From assembly GCF_047719395.1 (NCBI RefSeq), contig NZ_JBDNTB010000005.1, positions 1,431-65,430 of the forward strand: a DNA stretch of 64,000 nucleotides. The letters run 5' to 3'. Origin of the DNA: Propionibacterium sp. Its GTDB lineage: Bacteria > Actinomycetota > Actinomycetes > Propionibacteriales > Propionibacteriaceae. Position 1 is the stretch's first letter. Each line of letters begins with the position of its first letter. Under the pieces are notes generated by a model. That model saw only the letters and a list, made by a program, of their open reading frames with translations. It was not told the DNA's origin and searched no databases. The position numbers were made by a program, and so were the translations under genes. Shown in pieces: positions 16,305 through 24,293 of the stretch.

Positions 16305-18116
16305 TCAGGGAAGAAGATGACCAATAGTCTTCAGCAGATCCCAATTCACGTTCCCGTTGGCATAGGAGTACCCATTGCCATGCCCATATGACCAACCATC
16401 ACCTGACGCCCATGCGTAGTCAGGACCCCATCCGTAGTTGTAGCCCGGGCCGTAGCCATAACCATAGCCCTGATTGACGGTATTGCCGGCGTCCGTGGTC
16501 TGCCAACTCGTGTTGTAGTCGTGAGAAGCGGGTTGAGAGGTGGTTTGCGGTGCGGCAGTGATTGTGACAGTCGTGGTGGCGGTGGCGGTGGCGGTGGCGG
16601 TGGAGGGCATCGGAGCCGTGGATGCGGCCGTCGTTGCAGATGGAGTCACGGTGGGAATGGGCGTAGAAGTGTCATTCGACGGAGTGACTGAAGCCGAAGG
16701 GGTTGGCTGAGCCTCCGTGCTGCCGCTGCCACTGTTGGTGGCCAGCGTTCCCAGGGTGTCCCAGCCAGTGAGCGTCTGGTCCTGTCCAGCCGCCGCGAAT
16801 TTGAGCGGAACCCCATTTTCCAGAGGGTTCACAACACGCATCACCACGTGGTACGACGCGTTGGGAATGCCATTCAGGGAAATCTCGGTGGAGAATTCGT
16901 TGACTTGACCGGGAAGCACTGCTGACAGATCACCGGGAAGAGTCTTCTTGGCCGAGATTTTCCCGGCGCTGTCCACGAGCGCTACCTCCATTGGCCACGA
17001 ATAATAGAAGGGGGCGACACCGTCATTCTTGAGACGAACCCCGATGCTTGCCGTTCCTCCCTCGGCACTGATACGCGTCTCAGTCGGGCGGATGACATAG
17101 CCCATGGCGGCCTGAGAATCCAAAGCCTTGTTCCGTGCATCGCCGGAATATCCAGGCGCAAAGGCTTGCTGGTTGATGAGCCAACTGACATGGGTTTGCT
17201 GAATTGACGTGGGGATTGGATCGGGAGCGCAGTCCGATGAAAACATGCACGACTGAATATCGGGATAAACTTCCCCGCCGATCGGCTCAGCCTCCCACTT
17301 TTCAGTTGCGCCTGCAGCCTGCAGCTGCGACAAGAAGTGCCAACTGGCACTGGTCAACGTGGCCGAGCCGAAAGAATCATCGTTGTACCCACTGGCCGAC
17401 CCCGCATTCCAGGACTCCGGGTAGCGCACCACGGTGTGCGTGGTGTGGAAGGCGGCATCCCATGCCTCCATCACCTCCGACTGGGTTTCCTGCCCAGGCA
17501 TCCAGTTCTCCGGGGAAGCCGAGCCGTCCATCGGATAGGTGTGATCCTCTCCCCAGAAGCCGATCAAGCCCTGGCTGATGAACCCAATCCTCGGGTCGCC
17601 GTCGTAGCGCTGTCCCAGCGAGGACACGAGATTCAACATCATGCTCTTCACGCGAGGATCGTCGTAATTCGGGGAGAAACTCTTTCCGTTGTTCCCATAG
17701 TCGTTGTAGTGCCGACTGGTGTCGATCCCAGCGTCTATCAAATACTGGGGTACGCCCGTGTCGCGCCCCGGGTAATCGAGATACAACCGGAAAACTGCTT
17801 GGTGCCCACGTCCGGCAATGGCGTTGAGCTGAGAGTCCAGTGCAGTCCAGTCATATTGGCCCTGGCCCTTCACCACTGCGTTCACGGGCAAGTAGAACCA
17901 TTCCATCGAATACGGCAGCGCGTCGCTCCCCAACCCAGATGATGAGTTCGATTCCGGGGCAAAGGGCATGAAGCCCTTCAATGGGTTGCTCGTGGGCGCC
18001 GATGCGGCGGTGAGCGCTTGCCACGATCCTGGGTCGGCTCTCGCAGCGCTGGGCTGAGCGAGTATGGCGAACAGCGCGAGAACAATGGCGAGCAAACGCG
18101 ATGCGTGCTTGGGCAC
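16305..18116 (-). CDS. Secreted glycoside-hydrolase-like protein (DUF4832-type), paralog 2, with a Thr/Pro/Ser linker and a Gly/Tyr/Asn/Trp-rich C-terminal tail
   Basis: GTG start with GGGAG upstream. Signal peptide LLAIVLALFAILAQPSAARA. Same conserved blocks as paralog 1. The tail reads ...TATATATATTTVTITAAPQTT...GYGYGYGPGYNYGWGPDYAWASGDGWSYGHGNGYSYANGNVNW. Confidence 0.75.
   Translation of the reverse strand: MPKHASRLLAIVLALFAILAQPSAARADPGSWQALTAASAPTSNPLKGFMPFAPESNSSSGLGSDALPYSMEWFYLPVNAVVKGQGQYDWTALDSQLNAIAGRGHQAVFRLYLDYPGRDTGVPQYLIDAGIDTSRHYNDYGNNGKSFSPNYDDPRVKSMMLNLVSSLGQRYDGDPRIGFISQGLIGFWGEDHTYPMDGSASPENWMPGQETQSEVMEAWDAAFHTTHTVVRYPESWNAGSASGYNDDSFGSATLTSASWHFLSQLQAAGATEKWEAEPIGGEVYPDIQSCMFSSDCAPDPIPTSIQQTHVSWLINQQAFAPGYSGDARNKALDSQAAMGYVIRPTETRISAEGGTASIGVRLKNDGVAPFYYSWPMEVALVDSAGKISAKKTLPGDLSAVLPGQVNEFSTEISLNGIPNASYHVVMRVVNPLENGVPLKFAAAGQDQTLTGWDTLGTLATNSGSGSTEAQPTPSASVTPSNDTSTPIPTVTPSATTAASTAPMPSTATATATATTTVTITAAPQTTSQPASHDYNTSWQTTDAGNTVNQGYGYGYGPGYNYGWGPDYAWASGDGWSYGHGNGYSYANGNVNWDLLKTIGHLLP
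16575..16604. repeat. Hexanucleotide microsatellite (GGTGGC)x4 plus GGTGGA inside the paralog 2 linker
   Basis: Read directly from the sequence. It encodes the (Ala-Thr)n run and is in-frame, so slippage would change linker length only. Confidence 0.85.
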
Positions 18117-18230
18117 TATGAGCTCCCTGTGGTGGAGGTCTGCGTTAGAGGGGTGGAGGTCATCTCACGCGATGACTGAGCCTGGCGATACACCTGAAGA
18201 ATAATTGAGAATAACTTAGCTTGAGTTCAA

Positions 18231-18268
18231 TGTCCGCAGGGTGGTTGGTCACTGTCCGCAGGGTGGTT
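18231..18268. promoter_or_regulatory. Two perfect 16-bp direct repeats tgtccgcagggtggtt with a 22-bp period, upstream of paralog 2
   Basis: Copies at 18231-18246 and 18253-18268, 115-150 nt upstream of the GTG at 18116 and next to an AT-rich stretch (gaagaataattgagaataactt). Confidence 0.4.
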
Positions 18269-18389
18269 CGGATCCAGCGTGCTGTGCACGTACGTGGGCA
18301 ATGGTGGCCGTCCCGTGGGGCGCCGGAGGACATCGGAGCGTTGCCCCACGTGTGCCGCGCCGGTCCGAGCGTCATGGGCGCAGCCGGGT

Positions 18390-19472
18390 TCAAGAAGATT
18401 CGTTGTCGAGAGGTTTCTTCATGAAGATGCACTGCTGAGGAGGCAATCTGACCGTTGCGCCGTCATTGAATTCAGGGGGGAAAGTGAGGTCGACGTGGTG
18501 CGTGGAGGTGAGGTTGACCGCGGCATAGCCATCCTCGAAAGTGCGCGACCAGCATCCGCACTCTCCCTCGACGCCGCTGACCGGCGCACCGAGATCCCAG
18601 TCGGCCTCCGGCTGCCAAGGAGCTCCGTCGTAGCTGTCGTGGTCCGTCGCAGTGACGGCAAAGTCGCCTCCACCGCTGAATATCCAACCCGCAGCCAGTG
18701 CGGTCAGAAAACGATCGCGCTCGTTGGTCTCGTCGGCAGCAGTCCGCATGATGGAGAGGCCAGGGCCGTTGAGTTGCGACATCTGCGCATGGCACACTTC
18801 GGCGGGGAATGGTTCATTCGCGCTTGCAGCGAGCCACACTTCTTCAAATCCACCGCCGAATCGTGCATGACGATCCCAACGGCCGGATTCACGCCGGGAT
18901 TCGGCAATGTTCGGCACGAGGATCTTGTCAACCGCGTTGAGTGCAGCTCCGGCTTGCGTGATGAACTCGTCCAAGGCTTCACGAACCTCGGGCATTCCGT
19001 ATCCTCCTTCAAGAGGAAGGATTCCGTAGTAGTCCTCGAAGACGTCGTTGTCGGCCATCACTCCGTCGAACGGTCCCACAGAGATCTCGCGGACAACATT
19101 GCGGATCCAGCAGTCGCGATATCGCTGGTTCCACACCGCCATCTGCCAGTGGCCGGTGTAGCCGTTCCACTCGATCCGGGTCTTGCCAGCTGAGCCCTCA
19201 CGATGGGCGAACATGTCTTCGCCGATCTTCTCGGCCTCCCCGAACCCCACTCCTGAACTGCGAACGGGACCCGGCTCGAAGGAGCGGGTAGAACTCAGGC
19301 ACTTGTAAGCCAGCACCGTCACGGCCGGCTCCATGGCCTTCAGCTGAGCGGCTGCGACAGTCTCCCATGGCTGGAGGATTGCGACGCGGCAGTGTTCGGC
19401 GGCAAACCGAATCTCAGATTCGCGGATCTGCTCATCGCCGTAGCGCACCCACGCGGTGAAGCGACGGGTCAC
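18390..19472 (-). CDS. Hypothetical cytoplasmic protein. A polysaccharide-processing (TIM-barrel hydrolase-like) role is suggested by context only.
   Basis: 360-aa ORF without a signal peptide. Its ATG overlaps the PelF-like stop (ATGA), implying translational coupling. I recognised no diagnostic motif. Confidence 0.5.
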   Translation of the reverse strand: MTRRFTAWVRYGDEQIRESEIRFAAEHCRVAILQPWETVAAAQLKAMEPAVTVLAYKCLSSTRSFEPGPVRSSGVGFGEAEKIGEDMFAHREGSAGKTRIEWNGYTGHWQMAVWNQRYRDCWIRNVVREISVGPFDGVMADNDVFEDYYGILPLEGGYGMPEVREALDEFITQAGAALNAVDKILVPNIAESRRESGRWDRHARFGGGFEEVWLAASANEPFPAEVCHAQMSQLNGPGLSIMRTAADETNERDRFLTALAAGWIFSGGGDFAVTATDHDSYDGAPWQPEADWDLGAPVSGVEGECGCWSRTFEDGYAAVNLTSTHHVDLTFPPEFNDGATVRLPPQQCIFMKKPLDNESS

Positions 19473-21268
19473 AGGGCGTCCCGACCTGGCTGCGGGACCG
19501 AGGATTCATCAGAAGCGCGAGCGGCTTTGCCATCCGGGCCCTGAGAGATGTCCTCCCGAGTCCGGGCAGATTCAACTCTGGGAACAATGGCTGTCGCCCT
19601 CGACGCTTCTTCGTCAGCGGAGGATGAGGAGATCCAGTCGTCAGCGTTTGCTTCAGAGGCCGACTGCGCCACCGCACCGGTGAGGAATTGTGCTATATCG
19701 CTGGGATCGTTCATACGTCCGATTGCCCGGTACAGCGCGTGGTAACGCGCCATCACATCTTCCAGACGGAAGCTTGACTGGACACGACGATGAGCCATTT
19801 CGACATAGCGGCCGTAACGCGGCAGGTCATTGACAAGCGAAATCGTTTCTCTCGCCATTCCCTTGATGTCGCCGGCATCAATGAGCACGCCGCAAGGTCC
19901 GAGTTGTGTGCCGTCACGGTCGATCAGCACATCATCAAGAACCTGGCGCATACCGCCGACCTCGGTTCCGACCGTGGGAATGCCGCTGGCCATCGCTTCG
20001 AGCACCACAATCGGCTGACCCTCGTTGTAGCTCGCCATGAGCAACAGGTCATAGGAGGTGATGAGCTTTCGGACATTGACGGTGCCCAGGAGGTGCACGT
20101 AGTCCGACAACCCGAGATCGACGATGAGTTTCTCGCATTCAGCCGTGTATTCGGGCACATGTTCCTTGGGGCCCATCACGTCGAGGGTGAAGTTGGTGAA
20201 GCCCGAGTCAATCATGACCTTCGCCGCATGGATGAGGTCCAACACGCCCTTGATGGGCACGATCCGCACGATAGAGCACAGCTTCCACGTCTGCTTGCCG
20301 TGCGCAACGATCTCGGCAGTGATTTCCTTCCGGATCTCATAGCGGGGCTCGAACTCGGCAAGAGGCATACCGTTCGGCAGTACGATCGCGCGTTCGGTGG
20401 GGGACCCGAGGGCCCGGGCTTCGCTCAACGCCAGCGGGTACAGGTAGGTGATGATCTCGGCCTTCGGGTAGCAGAACGGCCCCATCTCGATCCACCAGGT
20501 CATCCAGGCGCGCTGCTTGGGCGTGGCCTCGAAGATCTTGTAGTCCTCCCGTAGCAACGGCAGCGCCATGTTGCGGTCGAGGAGCTCGTTGACGGTGTCG
20601 CGAATGTAGAGGTTGTGTTCGGTCAGCAGGAAATGAGTGCCATTCTGGCGCGCTGCGGCTGCAGCGGTCGCTGCCGCATAGCCAGTGGTGTGTGCGTGGT
20701 AAACCTTCGCCTTCGGGAAATCATGGTCCAAAATGGCATAGGCCAAGGAGAAGAAGTCGCGTAGCACCCAGAAGCAGTCCGACAATGACATTCCCAGGGC
20801 ATTCCAGCGATCGATGACCACATCCATGAATTCTTTGGTGCCCAGCAATGGCCAGATGCGGAATTTCCTCGTCCGGGGGTTCACGCCATCGTCATACAGA
20901 GACCACAAGGGTTCAACATCGTCTTGCTGGACGGCGGCCAATGCGTCGAGAAGGCGATTGGCGAGGTCGCGTCGCGCGCGTGAGCCGGTTGGTAGGTCAC
21001 GAGGGCCGAGGGACAGCAACGCTTTCCGATTGGTTTGAAAGCTCTGGAAGTGAACCTTCACCCACTTCACATTCTCCGGGACCTCGTACAGATCCTTCAG
21101 TGGTGAGTTCTCATCCCACGTGATGTGGATGATCCCGAAAGTGATGTCGGGATTCATGCTGATGATGTCATGGACGACAGCGGACACCCCACCCTTCAGG
21201 TATGGGTAAGTGGACTCCATGACAATGCACACGTCCACGTCGCAGAATTCAGTGCGGCTGTAAGTCAC
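19469..21268 (-). CDS. PelF-like glycosyltransferase (DUF3492-type N-domain plus GT4 domain)
   Basis: The N-terminus DVDVCIVMESTYPYLKGGVSAVVHDII...ITFGIIHI resembles the remembered PelF N-terminus (DVCLLLEGTWPYVRGGVSSW...). The GT4 E-x7-E region is NEGQPIVVLEAMASGIPTVGTEVGG. Confidence 0.75.
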   Translation of the reverse strand: MTYSRTEFCDVDVCIVMESTYPYLKGGVSAVVHDIISMNPDITFGIIHITWDENSPLKDLYEVPENVKWVKVHFQSFQTNRKALLSLGPRDLPTGSRARRDLANRLLDALAAVQQDDVEPLWSLYDDGVNPRTRKFRIWPLLGTKEFMDVVIDRWNALGMSLSDCFWVLRDFFSLAYAILDHDFPKAKVYHAHTTGYAAATAAAAARQNGTHFLLTEHNLYIRDTVNELLDRNMALPLLREDYKIFEATPKQRAWMTWWIEMGPFCYPKAEIITYLYPLALSEARALGSPTERAIVLPNGMPLAEFEPRYEIRKEITAEIVAHGKQTWKLCSIVRIVPIKGVLDLIHAAKVMIDSGFTNFTLDVMGPKEHVPEYTAECEKLIVDLGLSDYVHLLGTVNVRKLITSYDLLLMASYNEGQPIVVLEAMASGIPTVGTEVGGMRQVLDDVLIDRDGTQLGPCGVLIDAGDIKGMARETISLVNDLPRYGRYVEMAHRRVQSSFRLEDVMARYHALYRAIGRMNDPSDIAQFLTGAVAQSASEANADDWISSSSADEEASRATAIVPRVESARTREDISQGPDGKAARASDESSVPQPGRDAL

Positions 21269-21316
21269 TTGATTCTCCTTGCCGGTAAAGATTCAGAGCG
21301 CTGGGACAGGCGGCGC

Positions 21317-22768
21317 TCACCATTGCATGGCGAATCGCCAGAACATCTGATAGGGAATGCTCCCCCAGACTTGACGTGTGCGGATGTAACCGACTATGGA
21401 CAACACGACATCCACAGCAATGACGAACCAAATGGTCGAACTCACCGGGGGGACGAGCAAGGCGAACACGGCCAGCAGATGGATGCCGGCGAGCCAACAG
21501 GCCCAACCGCGATGCTGGATGTATTCAAGGTGATAGCAAAGGATTGTCACGACCAGGGCCGCGATCGGCCCGATGTAGAGACCAAGGGGCAGCTGGGGCC
21601 CGCCAATCACCTGGAGCAACAGGTGCAGGCCAAGTGCTGCGACAGCGGCAACCGCCAACGTGCGGGCAATTGCGTGGCCCACCACATCAGAGACGAGATT
21701 CGCCTGCCTGCGCAACTCCTTGGTCCCGCTTCTCTGCACCGCACCACTGGCCTGCTCCACGGCAAGATCAAGATTTGGGGCGAGTTGTGCAAAGTAGTAG
21801 CTGTACGCGAGTACGGCAGGGACCAGAGCCAGATACATGTCAAAGATGCCCATGGCGGATTGCGTCATGAGGAGGACCACGACCTTGTCCGCCCACAGGA
21901 CCGATCCGGTGAGGAAGCCACGCGCAGTGTCGGTTATGTATCCTCGGAATTCCTTGGCCGACGGCCGGTGCCAGTGCACATCTGAACTCACGGCGAGCAG
22001 GATGGCCACATTTGGGATGGTGCCTGCGATCGGTGCCAGCAGCCAGAGCTGAGGTGCGATGAAGATGACTGCTGCATAAGCGGCCCAGGAAACCACCAGC
22101 ATGACATCGAGCCGAGCCTGATTGATGACGACTTGCGACTGTGCGAAGAATGCGTGGGCGATAATGCCGAACATCACGTAGAGAAATGCCGCTGGTGGCC
22201 AGTGGGTGATGGCTTCGACGACCACCATGAAGATCGCGGCCACCGGCAGCGTTGCCAAAACGATGTTGGGCCACAATGCGAGGACCCGCCCTGCAACCAG
22301 ATGCGGATCACGCTGGTCCTTGAGATCCCAGAAGTATCTGTAGAACGCAACACAGACGGCCTGACTCATCCATGGCACGGTGACGGATACAGCCAGGAAA
22401 ACACTTCCAGCTTGGACCGAATTCACATCCTGCGCATCAATACGCGTGATGACAAGCGGGAAGACAATCATCAACAAGACAGTGGGCGACATCTTCGCCA
22501 AGAGGCCTCCGATGCCGCGCAGTGCATCAGGGGCCCCGGCATGAAATGGTGCCGCGTCATATCGTCCCCTCACCAGCATCAAAACAGTGATGCCGATCAC
22601 GACTGCCATGGCAGCGATGAGGTACGGCTTGGACAAGTGGATGTCTGGAGCCAACGCAAGAAGTGCGATTGCTACCGCTGATACCACCCACAGCATTGGG
22701 TGGGTGCGTTTGATCGTGATGATTTGTCCGGATGACGGTTTAATTGGTTTAATTTGTCCGGATGTCAC
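21317..22768 (-). CDS. Polytopic membrane protein, candidate polysaccharide exporter (PelG-like by position only)
   Basis: 483 aa and at least 10 hydrophobic segments. It lies directly upstream of the PelF-like gene with a 48-nt gap. I saw no sequence-level match to PelG. Confidence 0.45.
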   Translation of the reverse strand: MTSGQIKPIKPSSGQIITIKRTHPMLWVVSAVAIALLALAPDIHLSKPYLIAAMAVVIGITVLMLVRGRYDAAPFHAGAPDALRGIGGLLAKMSPTVLLMIVFPLVITRIDAQDVNSVQAGSVFLAVSVTVPWMSQAVCVAFYRYFWDLKDQRDPHLVAGRVLALWPNIVLATLPVAAIFMVVVEAITHWPPAAFLYVMFGIIAHAFFAQSQVVINQARLDVMLVVSWAAYAAVIFIAPQLWLLAPIAGTIPNVAILLAVSSDVHWHRPSAKEFRGYITDTARGFLTGSVLWADKVVVLLMTQSAMGIFDMYLALVPAVLAYSYYFAQLAPNLDLAVEQASGAVQRSGTKELRRQANLVSDVVGHAIARTLAVAAVAALGLHLLLQVIGGPQLPLGLYIGPIAALVVTILCYHLEYIQHRGWACWLAGIHLLAVFALLVPPVSSTIWFVIAVDVVLSIVGYIRTRQVWGSIPYQMFWRFAMQW

Positions 22769-23293
22769 GTGTAACTCCTTGGGGCGGGCGGCTTCGACAA
22801 TCGAGGTGCCGCTGGTTCTGCACAGTGAGCCTGCGCCGCCTCAGTGGCGCAGGACACCTCCAAGGCGTCACTGCACCAACCACCATAGAACAGAAGTCTT
22901 GCAGGTGCGGAACCTACGTAGAGGTAGGACCATTCCAGGACCCGGACGGGGCTCAGGTGGCTGGCAAGTCTCTGAAACCAGCGGCGTGTGGTTTGCGCCA
23001 ATCAGGCAGCGCGGCCATCAGATGATGTTCCTGGAAGGAAGGTATCCGCCCTTGCCAGAGGAACTCCCTGGTATGCAGTTGTTGCGAACTGATTCTCGCC
23101 GTCCTGGTTGAAGGAAGAGCCCGCTGATGGTAGCGGTAATCGTGCCTGATATCTGGCATATGTCAATTATTGGTTCAGAAATGGTTGTCAGCCCTCACGC
23201 AGGTGCTGTTGCACGGCCTTTTGCACAGGAGGTCATCTCCGGTTCGCCGCTCTGCGGGTCGGTCACCAGCTCAGCAGATGTGCGCACCAGATG

Positions 23294-23366
23294 GCCGCTC
23301 GCATCGTCGTCGCCATATCAGCTCCGGGAAGGCACAATCGAAGTTCCCGCCCGGCATCCCACGGTG
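23294..23366. repeat. Right copy of the 73-bp direct repeat (fossil SD + ATG; the frame ends after 17 codons)
   Basis: gccgctcgcatcgtcgtcgccatatcagctccgggaaggcacaatcgaagttcccgcccggcatcccacggtg. On the minus strand it reads AGGAG-N6-ATG GCG ACG ACG ATG CGA ..., giving MATTMRAAIWCAHLLSW-stop. Confidence 0.9.
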
Positions 23367-23504
23367 AAGGACCAGCGATCCAGGATGGCACAATTGTTCG
23401 GCGGAGCGCCTCAGCAGCAGGCCAGATGCCGGGAGCCATGGGATCGCCCTGATGCACTTTCGGGTTCGCCACCTGGCTTCCCATGACGATGTTGGTGAGG
23501 ATGG

Positions 23505-24272
23505 ATGATGACCGAAGACGGCGCTGACAGGAAGCAGGCTGACAGGAAGCAGGGCGCGAGCACGCGCCACATACCGCACCCGGAGGATGCCGACCAAACT
23601 TCGGCCAACACGCTGAACTGGCTGCGGGCAGGGGTGCTCGGCGCCAACGACGGCATCGTGTCGACGGCAGGTCTCGTGATGGGCGTTGCAGGCGCCAGCA
23701 CCAACGTGCAGGTCATCCTGGTTGCCGGCGTCGCGGGACTCGTGTCCGGTGCGTTGAGCATGGGTGCTGGGGAGTACATATCGGTGAGCACCCAGCGCGA
23801 CTCGGAGCGCGCCATGATCACCACCGAGAAGCAGGAACTCGCCACGGACCCGGAGGGTGAACTGGCCGAGTTGACCGGGATGTACGAGGAAAAGGGTCTG
23901 TCCCACGAGCTCGCGACGAAGGTCGCCGAGGAATTGACCGCGCGCGATGCACTGGCAGCCCACGCCGAGGTGGAGCTCGGTATCGACATGGAGGAGCTCG
24001 CGAACCCATGGCAAGCTGCCCTCGCCAGCGTGGTGAGTTTCTCGGTGGGTGCCCTGGTGCCGCTGGTCTTCATCCTGTTGTCGCCGCCATGGGCACGGCT
24101 GTGGGCGACGGTGGTCGCCGTGGCGATTGCGCTGGCGGTCACGGGAATCGTGAGTTCGAAACTGGGGCATTCGCCTGCTCGGGCTGCCACGATCCGCAAT
24201 GTTGTCGGCGGTTTCGTGGCCATGGGCGTCACCTTCGGAATCGGCACCCTCATTGGCCGGGGCGTCGCATGA
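23505..24272 (+). CDS. VIT1/CCC1 family iron/manganese transporter
   Basis: LNWLRAGVLGANDGIVSTAGLVMGVAGA followed by C-terminal TM segments. GAGGA lies upstream of the ATG. Confidence 0.85.
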   Translation: MMTEDGADRKQADRKQGASTRHIPHPEDADQTSANTLNWLRAGVLGANDGIVSTAGLVMGVAGASTNVQVILVAGVAGLVSGALSMGAGEYISVSTQRDSERAMITTEKQELATDPEGELAELTGMYEEKGLSHELATKVAEELTARDALAAHAEVELGIDMEELANPWQAALASVVSFSVGALVPLVFILLSPPWARLWATVVAVAIALAVTGIVSSKLGHSPARAATIRNVVGGFVAMGVTFGIGTLIGRGVA

Positions 24273-24293
24273 CGTGTGTGGTGGTGAGCCGTG

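Larger units (their letters stand above)
14783..23293. mobile_element. About 8.5-kb lower-G+C genomic island (exopolysaccharide-type genes) bounded by the 73-bp direct repeats. No recombinase gene is visible.
   Basis: Direct repeats at both ends. Sampled 60-nt lines inside run about 40-58% G+C against about 70% in the flanking genes. All five island genes are on the minus strand. Confidence 0.55.

Noticed and set aside
16560-16610. Possible CRISPR or other spaced-repeat array suggested by the ggtggc repeats
   Set aside because: This is a contiguous in-frame hexanucleotide microsatellite inside a coding linker. It has no spacers, and no cas genes are in the window.
22769-23293. Search for an integrase or transposase remnant at the right end of the island
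   Set aside because: The six-frame translations (for example 22953-23159 minus and 23127-23486 plus) show no recombinase-like motifs. The region is treated as non-coding island DNA, probably containing the promoter.
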